Positions 38,969 through 51,000 of a stretch of 64,000 nt of DNA are shown here, piece by piece. The stretch covers positions 17,050,001-17,114,000 of the forward strand of contig CP075492.1 in the NCBI GenBank assembly GCA_021613535.1, in the 5' to 3' direction. The notes below the pieces were generated by a model. The model saw only the letters and a program-made list of their open reading frames with translations. It was not told the DNA's origin and ran no database searches. Both the position numbers and the translations under genes were made by a program. How positions within the stretch are numbered: position 1 is the first letter of the stretch; each line of letters starts with the position of its first letter. This DNA comes from Adineta vaga. Lineage: Eukaryota; Animalia; Rotifera.

Positions 38969-39933
38969 GATGCTGGTATGATGGGCCATCTTTGAAGACT
39001 GAATAGACGACGGAGTTTATTACGACAGTCCGGTAATGAAATACCCACAGCATAAGGTAAAAATATGCATGTTCCAAACTGCCAGTAACCGAGCACATTG
39101 ATTTGTAAAACGACATTAATTGGTTGAGAGCCATTTATTAATTGCGAAAGAGGATTGATAGCATAGGGAATATCAAAAAACAAGAAGACAACCGAAATAG
39201 TTATAAGATGCAATGCCATTTTCTTATATCTACGTAATTCAATGACTTGTCGTCTGATATATTTGCCTGTTATGGTGCGAATCAGAAGAGCAGCACTAAA
39301 ACCACCAATGATGAAACACGGAGCTACTTGATAAAGCAAAGTTTCAACGTTGAATAGACTTGGAGCAAGTTGAAATACATAACAAGGATAACCACAGAAA
39401 GCATAATTAAAATTGAAATTGTTCTCGCATGGATAAAAGAAAATGACGTAGATGTAATAAATAACTGAGTAAATAACAATGCTTGCAAGAGGTAAATAAT
39501 GAAGAAGAATTCGACGATTTAATGTATTCAACCAATGCATATGAAAGGTAAGCAAGTGTCGTTCAATAGCTACCCAACACATAAGCAGATTACTGGCATT
39601 ATACGTGCAGAGATCAATAAATAGCCAAGCAAGACATGTAACATCCGTCGATGGAGTAGTAGAACCTGATCGAAGAAAGTCTAAAACGAAGGATACATCA
39701 ATCGTAAGTACAATAAAGTTGCATGCTAAAAGAACCATGATACTATGATTTCTTAATTTTTGTCGCATATTTTGATTGTTGAGCAGATGAAACCCAACAA
39801 ATAGATAAGCAGGTAAAGCGAGAAGTTGAAATGGTTGAAGAATGGCGTATGTGATTCTTCGTGAAGAAGCAGAATTTCCAGCAGCAAATGCATTTTCGGT
39901 TTCAGTTGTAAATGTTATTGTGGTTGTATTCAT
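38965..39933 (-). CDS. Orphan rhodopsin-like 7-TM GPCR, intronless
   Basis: Seven hydrophobic segments, LRNHS, CLAWLFID and WVAIERH (DRY-like). Confidence 0.88.
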   Translation of the reverse strand: MNTTTITFTTETENAFAAGNSASSRRITYAILQPFQLLALPAYLFVGFHLLNNQNMRQKLRNHSIMVLLACNFIVLTIDVSFVLDFLRSGSTTPSTDVTCLAWLFIDLCTYNASNLLMCWVAIERHLLTFHMHWLNTLNRRILLHYLPLASIVIYSVIYYIYVIFFYPCENNFNFNYAFCGYPCYVFQLAPSLFNVETLLYQVAPCFIIGGFSAALLIRTITGKYIRRQVIELRRYKKMALHLITISVVFLFFDIPYAINPLSQLINGSQPINVVLQINVLGYWQFGTCIFLPYAVGISLPDCRNKLRRLFSLQRWPIIPAS

Positions 39934-40640
39934 TTTTCCAGTTCTATCAACTACAAGAAAGTGAAGATACTATTGAAAAAACTGTTAATGTAATTCTCGT
40001 GAAGTTAAATGATAAAAAAATTTCTAAATTGACACAAAAAATAAATGTTTAGACGGTTTATCTTAATTAAAAATTAATTGAGAGAGAATTTGATAATTTT
40101 TAATGAAAGTAAGTGCAGTACGGATGTCGTGACGTTTCGTTTAACTTTCTTACTGCATTAATTGCATTGTTTACACACGTAATATCCGCCTATATGCGTT
40201 ATAATGATAGAGAAAAAGAAAAAAGGACACGTATATTATAAAGAAATTAGAAAGGACAAAATGTATGTGTACATGTTGTCATAGAGAGAAAATTTTCTAT
40301 AACCATGTTAGAAAATAAGTACATTAAGTTTAAGTTGAACTATATAATTTACAATCGGATCAAAAATTTAACTTTTTACTTTACATATAGAGAAGTACTG
40401 ATTAGAATGTTCTGACTTTATTTTCAAAGTGATATTATACAATTGACGTTGCATTTGTATTTGAAGTCGAATTAGACAACTAATAGCATTTTGATGAAGA
40501 TGTTATCCTTGTTTTTTTCATTTATATTCATCAATACATTAATTGTCTCAACTATAAAATTCTTGATTAATCCATTTGTTGAATTTTCTTTTTTCTTATT
40601 CCATTTTCTATTTGTACTTGGAATGCAGAGCTCTGAAGAA

Positions 40641-40710
40641 TCTTGAGGTGGGTGTGGGTGTGGGTGTGTAGGATAAGGTTGTATCCCTACACCCACCCAC
40701 ACCCTCAAGA
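40641..40710. repeat. Junction inverted repeat (best-preserved copy)
   Basis: tcttgaggtgggtgtgggtgtgggtgtgtaggata-aggttg-tatccctacacccacccacaccctcaaga. Confidence 0.92.
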
Positions 40711-40779
40711 TGGAAAATTCATTCAAATAATCCACGTATTTATCAAATGAAACGATTTCCATGTTAAGTATTTTATCAT

Positions 40780-41110
40780 TTTGTAAAACCTCGATGGGAA
40801 ATAAGTCAAGCTATTATTTGGCTACATGAATATGAAAAAAAATCAAGGTTATGTTGTCATTGGTCAACCTGATAATGAAAAAGATATTTGTATATTAGAA
40901 TGGCGAGCATTGAATCAAAATTTTGAAAAAGAACTTTTATCTTTAGCTGCTAAAGAAATTCGACAACGTTATGGATCAAAAACACTTATTAATTTATTTG
41001 CACTACCACAGTATATGACAATTAATGAATTGATTTGCTAGGCTGGTTCTGTTCAAATTGGGACTAGTTATGATATAATCATGTGTAATATTCGATCATC
41101 TACGAATATC
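40780..41110 (+). pseudogene. Stop-interrupted coding fragment of unknown family
   Basis: ORF 40826-41041 reads as protein-like on both sides of in-frame stops. Confidence 0.35.
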
Positions 41111-41244
41111 TATAATAAAAAGTACTTAAATGTTTGAATTCATTATCTCATTTTTTTTCACATATAAACTAAAGATAAGATAGAAATGAGTGTAGAGATG
41201 AATATAATTTTAATAGAATATTTTTATTAAAGTATACGGATGTG

Positions 41245-42801
41245 TTAAGTAAAACTTCCATAAGTTAATTCAAAAGCATGAAAAGCTTTTAATACAAGTT
41301 GTTTATCTTCATCAAAATTTAATAAACGAATAGCTTCATTAAGTGAAAAAAATTCAACTTTGAAATTTTCATTAATCATTTGTGTATTCATTTCTCTTGG
41401 CTTTTGTTCATCTACTTCAGCTATATAATAAAAAATCAATTTTCGATTTGTTAAATCACCTTTAATAGGACGTACTGATATAAAAAATGGTTCACAAATA
41501 TTATTCATTTCGCGTGGTATATCTTCAACATGTTCATCAGAAAGTGTAGCACGTGTTTGCATTGTTAACGGCATTAATGAACAATGATATCCTGTTTCTT
41601 CATATGTTTCACGTATAGCAGCTTCAGATAACGGTTCATTAATATTTTTTCTACCTTTTGGCAATACCCATTCATTATTTTCATTTAAAACATATAAAAG
41701 ACAAATTTCACGTGTGGATTTTCGAATAAGAACAGTACCTGCACTTAATACAAATTCCGATGAATATAAATTGATTTTCTTAGCCGATATGTTAGTTGTA
41801 ATATTAGATTGATTTTTAATTTTTGATTTAATCTCATCATAAATTTGATGAATTGATTCATTAGCAAGATTTTTCGTATAGAATTTATTACCTAAAAGAC
41901 TTTTTAATATTTCAATTGAATGAAGATTTTCGATAATTAGAACATTGATCCAAGAATGTTGACAAAGATAATGATCAAGTTGTTTTAATAATTCATCAGC
42001 TTGTTTTTCTTTTGATAATTCATAAAAATTCAATCCAAATGAATTTGAAATTAATTCCATAAAATATTTGATATTGAGACGAACACAAGTAACATGAACT
42101 TGTTGTAAATTATCACAGATATCTTGTATCAATGAACTTCTTTCTGATTTAGATATCTCATCAAAACCGATAATTAAATCTACATGTTGTAAAATTAGAG
42201 GAAAAGCATTTTCAATTTTTAAATGACAATATTCATTGATAATCGAACGAATTTCATTTTGAATTTGTATAATAGATTTACCAGTAACATCAATTATATG
42301 GGTATAATTATTTTCATTTTCTTGAATTTGCAATTGTTCGTGTAAGAAACTTTCATATGTTTTTCTTAGAGAATTTCCAACATTATCACCATATTTAAGT
42401 AAAATACGAATATCTTCTCGAATAGGTTTTATTCCAAGATTTTTTATTATTGATTGATAAATATGTTTTGCTTGTTTTAAATTACATTTATCTTTGTATG
42501 CAATTGTAGCAATACATATTGCTTCAAATGTGATACCACCACGATCAAATACAATGAAATTAACATCATTATTATTTGAAATATTATATCTTCTATTAAC
42601 AGCATTCATAATAACATTTACATGTTCTTCATGAGTACTTTTCTCGAACCACCATTCTTGTAAATTATTTGTTTTAATAAGTTCATCATAATTATGAATA
42701 TCATGACGTATTTCAATATTTTTAGGCATATATTTTAATTGTGTTGTTTTTCCGATACTATCACGACCATTAAGAGAAATAGTAAAACAATTATCTATCA
42801 T
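41245..42801 (-). CDS. Thymidylate-kinase-like P-loop fused to a Nudix hydrolase, intronless
   Basis: GRDSIGKTT Walker A, IVFDRG and the Nudix box GRKNINEPLSEAAIRETYEETG. Confidence 0.85.
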   Translation of the reverse strand: MIDNCFTISLNGRDSIGKTTQLKYMPKNIEIRHDIHNYDELIKTNNLQEWWFEKSTHEEHVNVIMNAVNRRYNISNNNDVNFIVFDRGGITFEAICIATIAYKDKCNLKQAKHIYQSIIKNLGIKPIREDIRILLKYGDNVGNSLRKTYESFLHEQLQIQENENNYTHIIDVTGKSIIQIQNEIRSIINEYCHLKIENAFPLILQHVDLIIGFDEISKSERSSLIQDICDNLQQVHVTCVRLNIKYFMELISNSFGLNFYELSKEKQADELLKQLDHYLCQHSWINVLIIENLHSIEILKSLLGNKFYTKNLANESIHQIYDEIKSKIKNQSNITTNISAKKINLYSSEFVLSAGTVLIRKSTREICLLYVLNENNEWVLPKGRKNINEPLSEAAIRETYEETGYHCSLMPLTMQTRATLSDEHVEDIPREMNNICEPFFISVRPIKGDLTNRKLIFYYIAEVDEQKPREMNTQMINENFKVEFFSLNEAIRLLNFDEDKQLVLKAFHAFELTYGSFT

Positions 42802-43260
42802 TGATAAACGTTTCAGTTGATTAATATTTACTATGAATTATCTAGAAGTAAAGATTATATGAAGAAAAACAAAATGAATTGATATTCAACTAGTAAATTA
42901 AAATAAAATATCGCTGTTTGACATCAATGACAACACTATTTTATATTCTTAGAAAAATGCCTATTATTCCGTTATCTTATTTCTGATCATATCACATTTC
43001 TTTCTGCGAGAAAAGAATCGTGATTCATGTTATCATACTTAGACCTTTATCCTTTCTTTCTTCTTCATCGTACATTTGTATTGACTTAGTCAATATGGAT
43101 TTTTTTGCCTATCTTACAGCGATGAAACAGATGTAAATAGTTTCATGTATGTAAAGAAATGGACAAGATATAGTCCAAAAGTCACACTACCGAAATAAAA
43201 AATATTGAATATCTCCCTCATCGCTCATCCAAAGAAAATATTTTTTTTATCAATAATAGA

Positions 43261-43552
43261 GGAATATCTAAGCTTTATATCCATGTGAATATGGTTTAAA
43301 AAGAACTTACATTCAGTATCACTACGCTGAATTGGATAAAAAACAGTTACGAAAGGAAAATAATATATTTTACTAAGGTTCTCACATGTTTTAATTTTCT
43401 TTTCGACATAGTGACTTTATTGTTGTCCTCTATATACTGTGTTTTTCATATTTGTGAAAAAATTAGCATTTTTTATGCAGTTCAGCAGTAATACTTAATA
43501 TAAGTTCTTTTCAAACCATATATTCATATGAATATAAAGCTTTAGATATTCC
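43261..43552. mobile_element. MITE-like element with ~70-bp terminal inverted repeats
   Basis: ggaatatctaagctttatatccatgtgaatatggtttaaaaagaacttac pairs with the reverse complement at 43481-43552; no clear TSD. Confidence 0.7.
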
Positions 43553-43603
43553 ATAACTTTTGGGGCACGCTGACATTGTATCACATAGAGATGATATGAT
43601 AGC

Positions 43604-43930
43604 TTAGGTATAAGCATTTAGTCCATTTTCAATTGATGTTAAAGAACTGAATCCATTAACACAAGAACCATATGTTATTGTTTCGCGAAAAGTATGCATA
43701 CCAGTTTGTAACCAATAACCACCACAATATGTTGGATTACCATTTATTCCATAACTAATTCGCCAAATAAAATTTTTTGAATCAACTGTAATATACAAAT
43801 CAAAACGATGACCATTATTGAATTAAAGTGCTTGTCCTTTCCATATTTTATCAATAGATATTGATGCTGACACACCAGAATGTTGAAAGATCGTGATTAT
43901 TGAGGCAAAAACTAACGTATGAAGAAACAT
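43604..43930 (-). pseudogene. Small secreted protein with an in-frame stop
   Basis: MFLHTLVFASIITIFQHSGVSASISIDKIWKGQAL*FNNGHRFDLYITVDSK... Confidence 0.55.
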
Positions 43931-43990
43931 AACTAATTTATCCTCTAATTAATTGAATGAAAATACGAATAAAGATGAAAAGAATATATT

Positions 43991-44040
43991 TTGAGAGTGT
44001 GAGTGTGAGTACTCCTGTCTTTCCTCACCCTCACCCTGAA
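43991..44040. repeat. Junction inverted repeat
   Basis: ttgagagtgtgagtgtgagt-actcctgtctttc-ctcaccctcaccctgaa. Confidence 0.8.
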
Positions 44041-44192
44041 TCAAAAGCGACATCACCTCTGCGCTCGATACCATTTGTCGACAATCATTGTCATCTCTCT
44101 GTAAAAAGTTGTTTTTGTTTTTCTTAATCTTTTTTGTTCTTGACAACACATGTGACACAAATCTTCATCTCTTCTTCAGAGCATTCGAGCTA

Positions 44193-45738
44193 ATGAAAAC
44201 GGCAAGTCACAAAGGATTTTGTTGGCTATGTCGCAAAGTAAAGGACACGTTCAACTGCCGCGGATGCCACAAAGAATTCTGCTTGTCACATTTACAAGAA
44301 CATCGAGGGATATTGAACGAACAATTAGATCAACTCACCAATAATCATAGTTCATTGAGGCAAATACTCATCGAACTACAGCTACCCGCTGCACGCAATG
44401 CACCAGTGATCAAACATGTTGATCAATGGGAAGAAAAATGCTTGGAGATCATTCGGAGAGCAGCCGAAGAATGTCGTCAGGATGTACTGAAACGATCCAA
44501 AGAGATTGTTGGAGAGCTCGATCCAGTGGTCGTCGAACTCACCGCGAAACTTAATCAGATTCGTGCCGACAATGATTTCAACGAAGTCGATCTTGCTCAA
44601 TTGACAAAACAAGTGACACAAATGCACGAATATCTCAATCAAACGCCAAATGTTTACATTCATAAACATGCTCAATTGGTGAATAACGAAATTCAGACCG
44701 TTTCGGTCATTCGCCGCGAGAAAATAGGTCAGACTGAGATAGAATCTTTGTTTGCAGATTTGAAAAAAGGATGATCAGAAGAAGTTCGTCTCTTGTTTTC
44801 TTTTGTTTTTAGAATCCAAACGTGGCGCGTGGAAACAAGAAGGAACCATCGTCGCAGGAGCTAATCAACAAGGAGAACAAGAAGATCAACTCTCTGGTCC
44901 CGAAGGTATTTTCGTCGATGACAACAAAAATGTCTACATCGCTGATCTTCACAATCACCGTATCGTGCGATGGGACTGTGCGGCGAACAGCGGAACCATC
45001 GTCGCTGGAGGCAACGGACAAGGAGAGATAGTGGATCAGTTGAATTGCCCGACAGACGTATTGGTGGACAAAGAAGATCAGTCAATCATCGTTGCTGATT
45101 TTGGGAACCGACGAGTGATGCGATGGAACGGTCGAGAATCAAACGATCCCGAAATTCTGATTGATGATATCGACTGCTGGGGTTTAGCGATGGATAACGA
45201 AGGTTTTCTGTATGTTTCGGATCGAGAGAATCACGAAGTGAGACGGTGGAAAGAGGGAGAGAGTGAAGGCACACTGGTAGCCGGTGGAAATGGACAAGGA
45301 TCGCGACTAATTCAACTTAACTATCCAACTTACCTGTTTGTCGATGATCAGCAATCGGTGTACGTCTCGGATCGGGGCAATCATCGCGTAATGAAATGGA
45401 CAAAAGGTGCTAACGAAGGCCTGTCCGTCGCAGGAGGCAATGGCAAAGGTAACAAACTCAATCAATTATCTTTTCCTGCCGGAGTATTCGTGGATCAGTC
45501 GGGACAAGTCTATGTGGCTGATGCAGGCAATGGTCGAATAATGCTTGGACGGGAAGGAGAAAGAAGTGGAGAAATCGTCGCCGGTGGTAATGAAGAAGGG
45601 CAGGAAGCACATCAACTGTCCGGTCCCAAAGGCTTAACCTGTGATACGGACGGCAATTTATATGTGGTTGATAGTTGGAATGCTCGTGTGCAAAAGTTTA
45701 ACTTGGTTTTGCCTTCGAAATTTTCTGTATCGAGTTGA
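44193..45738 (+). CDS. B-box-like zinc finger / coiled-coil / NHL-repeat protein (TRIM-NHL-like), one intron at ~44728-44811
   Basis: CWLC..CRGCHKEFCLSHLQEH, a coiled coil and six NHL repeats; clearly GC-richer than its neighbours. Confidence 0.88.
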
Positions 45739-45905
45739 AAAGAAAAGAGAGGGTCTGCATGTTATTCTGATTCTGTGCATTAAGAATATGACTTGAATCT
45801 TGAACAGTTAAAGAAAGAATCTTTCGTTCTATGTTTAGTGCTATCTCATAAGAAGGTATTTCTGACAGATCAACTAATTTTCCACGGAGTTCATTGATTT
45901 TATCA

Positions 45906-45963
45906 TGAGAGTGTTGGTGTCGGTGAGGCTTAAGAGTGGAGTCTAACCCACACCAACACTGAA
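45906..45963. repeat. Junction inverted repeat (degenerate)
   Basis: tgagagtgttggtgtcggtgag-gcttaagagtggagtcta-acccacaccaacactgaa. Confidence 0.72.
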
Positions 45964-46070
45964 CCTTTCTTTCTTTTCTTCATCGTGCGTCATTTGATAT
46001 GGAAAGATAAGATTTTATCTGTAAATAGCAATCAAGACATTTTACACTTTATAAAAACAAAAGTAAATAC

Positions 46071-47508
46071 ATGTCTCTTTTTACAATCTAAAATTTCTTT
46101 TAAATATTTCAATGCAGATGAAATCTTCATTCATTGTTTTGAATATCTCAATGCCATTGATATTTTTTAGTCATTTGATCAATTAAACAATCGTTTCAAT
46201 ATTCTTCTACGATCTATTCCCTTATCATTAAATTTCAACAATGTTTATCGAAAAATTGCATGCGATCAATTTTGTAACATAATATCAAAAGATTCAAGAA
46301 TAAAAGAACAAATTCGTTCATTACATTTATCGAATAAGGATACATGTTATCCGGTTCATTTAGTTTTTTCAAACTTTTCACTTTTGGAATTTCCTCATCT
46401 TCATTCTCTAACGTTAAAAGACGTAATTGAAAATGATTGGCGTTTCTTTAAATCGACATTACGGCAAATGTCTGAATTAACCTTTTTCCAAAATATAGAC
46501 AGTGATCTAAAATATGATATCATACCTGACTTACCACTATCACAATTGCGAATATTACGTTCATATTCGATTCCTCAAACTCAATATTCATCAATTTTAC
46601 ATTTAACTGTAGAATCATGTACGATAAATGAATTATATCAGTTATTCCATAATCCATTAAAACTAATATATTTAAAAATAAACTATGTCTGTAATCTTTA
46701 TGAAGGTGAACACTTAGTACTGAGAAATGATTTCACTACTAAGAATAATAAAATTAATCTTAAACAATTGCATATTGATAATTTTTATAGTGAATTTCAT
46801 TATCTTAAATCGATACTACGACAAATACCAAAGTTAGAAACGTTAATGATAGGAAGTGATAGAGAAAATGTGATGGCTGATGCTCACCGATGGGAAGAAT
46901 CGATAAGTTCATCATTACCTCATTTGAAGATTTTCAAATTTGAATTTCATTTATACCAACTAAGATTTTATAAAATGATTGAAATTTTCAAACAATTTCA
47001 AAGTGATTTTTGGTGCAAAGAACATCATTGGTATACTGATTATTTTTTCGTTAGAAATTCAAAATTAATTTATACAATACCATATCCATTTGATACATTT
47101 CATTATACAGAAAAGATGTACGAACATTTTAAGAAAGTAATCAAACATGGAAATCAATTCGACAATGTGACAGATTTAACGATTGATCTTAGAATATTGA
47201 CAGAGAACAATCAATTCTATTTTCCTAATGTCATTTCATTAGGAATTTTAGACTATGTTGCATCGTGGGATAGTAAACAAAACAAAATAACGAGTGAACA
47301 TACAAAATGCCTTTTAAAACTGATTAATTGGTCAAATATCAAACATTTACCCAAATTGATATATATGAATACTTCTTCAGATCACGAAGATTATCGAATA
47401 TTTAAGATTGAAAAAGAAGCACAAAAATTAGGCTTAGATATTACTTATGATTACAATGACAATGATTATCATAACCGTTTGATAATTTGGATCAATCGAA
47501 ATCTTTAG
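46071..47508 (+). pseudogene. F-box-like/LRR protein with a disrupted 5' end
   Basis: DEIFIHCFEYLNAIDIF*SFDQLNNRF (F-box-like) is in frame with the 374-aa LRR-like ORF (W...I...LP.L..F.F, FW....W, YTIPY). Confidence 0.7.
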
Positions 47509-47652
47509 ATCGTCGAATATCTTATAGTTGTATTACATGATTTGATATTCATTGTACATGTATATCTTAATTGATGAAAATATTCGAGGTAAATAAAATG
47601 AGAAAAAGTGTGCACGAATAGATTCAGATTTAGTTCGATATAAGGTACCATC

Positions 47653-47698
47653 TTGTGGGTGTGGGTCAGACTATACTCTTAAACCACAGCCATCCTCA
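47653..47698. repeat. Junction inverted repeat (first of a doublet)
   Basis: (ccatc)ttgtgggtgtgggt-cagactatactctta-aaccacagccatcctca. Confidence 0.72.
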
Positions 47699-47740
47699 TC
47701 AACTAAAGTTCTGTGCATCGTGTATCACAGGCAGGATAAA

Positions 47741-47792
47741 ATTGAGGGTGTGAGTGAGAATAGCTGATTAATATGATACCCACACCCTCAAT
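47741..47792. repeat. Junction inverted repeat (second of a doublet)
   Basis: attgagggtgtgagt-gagaatagctgattaatatgat-acccacaccctcaat. Confidence 0.9.
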
Positions 47793-48022
47793 ATAGTTAA
47801 TTTATCAAACCCATTTCTATTTACACTTATTCAATTTACTTTAAACTCCTCAACTTTTTGAATTATTCTTATATTATCAATTACCAATGTACTTATTTAG
47901 AGAGATCTAGCTGCATGTTTTATTAGTGATATTTCACTTGTAATAATAAAATAGAGAAGAAACATACACAACACATAAAGCATTGTTTTAATATCAATTA
48001 GTTTAATTATTGAAAACTTGAA

Positions 48023-51000
48023 TTAGTTGATGACGGGAACTATACGATTGTTCTGTTTACGTTTTGTAATCCAGAAAATAAGTTGAATTATGAATTTTGA
48101 GAATATTTTTAATACAATCGTTATACCACCATATAAACCCATAATAGTTGTTACAATATAAGGTATATCCGAACTCTGAATGTATGAGTAAGTACACTGC
48201 GACGAATGACATTGTTCATAATATTTTCCGTAAGAATGACTGACATCCCATTTGTTAACGAATAATCGATCGATCATTTCTTGAACTGTTTCATTTATTT
48301 GGAAGAAGCTTTCTGATAATAAAGTTGAATTCAGTACCTTAAAAGTATTCTCATTTGATGTTGGTTCTCCAAAAGTATTTGTTATTAAATTCAAACATTG
48401 TTGGTTGTAAAAGCATTCTAATGATGATTGTAATAATGATTCAAGTGGAAAACAACCAATGAACAAACCAGTCAACGTTGAATTTAAATTATCATTAAGC
48501 ACTGCTTTTTCTGAACATTTTAATGAAACAGCGCAACTGCATGAATTACCGTACGTTTGAGGATTTGTATAAATAGGCGCATTTGCATAAGTACCGAGTA
48601 CAGTATACTTCCAGTTTGTTTCGTATGCTGTTATAAATGCATTACCATGAATGAGACCGCTGACCATAGCCAATGAGTTTTTGAATGTTTCAGGCATTGC
48701 TTTTTTAAAGGAATTAACAGCTGTATCAATTTGAATTTGTAATAAATCAGAAGATATTAATTGAGCACTGATTAATTTTGTTGAATAAAATTGTATAAGA
48801 CTGTTGTTAACAGCTTCCTGTGCTTCTTTACATAATGATGAAAGAATTTGAAATTGAGCTGATGCTGTAGCATGATAACTTTTCTCATGAATTCTATTTT
48901 CATCATATAAATATTCAAACCATTGTTGATTGACAAAATCCGATGAACATATTTGATGATAAAATGGATTAAGTTCTATGAATCGATTATAACCTATAGA
49001 AATAGTAGAACAAGGACACGTAATTGTAGTTGGATATTTCATTCGTAAATTATCATATTGATTTAGGCTATGTAATTGTACTGTAATAGTTATTAATTTT
49101 TGATTTAATAAAGTATATGATAGAAGAATAGGAAAACTAATGATTAAAATAATTATATAAAATCTAGTTGAATAAAGTTGTTTTTTAATCTTATGATTAT
49201 TTGTTGAACGAGTTTGAAATAAATTCAAATGTACTACTTTTGTTTTAATCATTCGAAAATTTTGCCAAGCTCGATTAGACATTGGTGTGCCTAAAAAGAA
49301 TTGGTTTATCGTTGAAAATCAAAATCAAAACATATACGTTACTTATTGTCTGTATTGGTTTTCGTCTGATAAAATTGATAATAATTGATACAATAATCTT
49401 CATAACAATGGTTAAACCTCCATATATTGCAATTAATTTTGTTAATATAGTTATACTACTTGTTTTTTCTTCCACAGTATATGCGCAATAAGATGGTTGA
49501 CATTGATTATAATATTGACTGTAAGAATAGATTTCATTCCAATTTTCGACAAATAAATTATTAACAATTTTTTCCAATGGTGTATTTGTTTGATATTGAC
49601 TTAATATGGATGTATTCAATGGTTTTAAATGTTTATATATGATAGCATTTGGATTCATAAAAGACTTTAGTTTACTTACACAATCTTCGCTATAAAAACA
49701 TTCTGCTGTTGATAATAATAATGTATCTATACCAAAACAAGCTTGAAATATTCCTGGTATATGATATGGACCGGTAATACTATAAAAAATCATTGGTTGT
49801 GTGCATGATATATTAGTGGCACATGAACAATCACTCAAATTACGTATAACTGCATGGTATTTTACACCATCATTGTCATAAAAAGATGAGAAAATACTAT
49901 TTGTATCTCTCAGATTAACTAGTTGATTTCCAGATAGAATCCGTCGAATTAAATTTATACGAAGTCGAAATAATCCTTGTGTTGTACTTTCGAATGATTT
50001 AATGTATAAAGTTATTTCGCTATTAAAAATATCAGATGAAATAACTTCTGATGTTAAATATTCATTATCATTGAAGATGATTAAACTGTTAATTACTGTG
50101 TCATAAGTTGTGTCACATAATATTGATAAAAAATAAAAAAATGAACTTGATATCTGCTTGAAATTATCCGAATGGTCTCCCGCAGGATCGTTCCAATAAG
50201 TATTATCAAGCCACAATTCAGACACAAATATACTGGAACATATTTGATGATATGTTGGTTGTAATGAAATAAATTTATTGTATTTAATTGATATATGACT
50301 ACAAGGACATTCTAGATTATCAAATGAATTATTTGTAAGTTGTTCATATTGATTTTGTGTCGGATTATCAATAGTTATGATTTTGGTTTGCCTATCTAAT
50401 GATAAATATACACAAAACATACTTAATAAGATTGGTAATGCAATAAAATACACTCTTGTTGATAACATTTCATTTTGTTTTATATGTTCGTCATTTGATT
50501 GACTGTGGTATATATTTACTTTCTTAATAAAATTGACAATTTGTTCCATTAACTGGTTCCAACGATTTTTCATAGATACTATTTAATATGAAAACATGAT
50601 AGAATGAAAAATAATAAAGGAGCGTCAAATTTCTCAAGGACATGCGTTAACTATTTATCGCATGATTAAGCTCTAGTAAAAATGCAACAACTCAACCATG
50701 GCAAGTCACGAACTGCTATAGCCATGGCGTTAGTGTGAATTTTTATTCTCTCTTCTTTCTAATTGTGTCAATTATCACACTACATAAAATCATCTGATCA
50801 ACTGCATGTCATCGTCTTCATCTCAACATTGAACATAGAGACGACTCTCGCATCTTCAAACGTAACTGACGAGTTTGTTACAGACTACTCTTTATTATTA
50901 CGTGTTTTGTTATCCATACTGTATCATTCATCAAATCGATTCTTCTTACAAATAAAACATTGAAAAATAAAATGAAATGAAACTTACCTTTCGATAAAAT

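Noticed and set aside
44382-45274. Antisense ORFs over the NHL gene
   Set aside because: Shadow ORFs caused by higher GC content.
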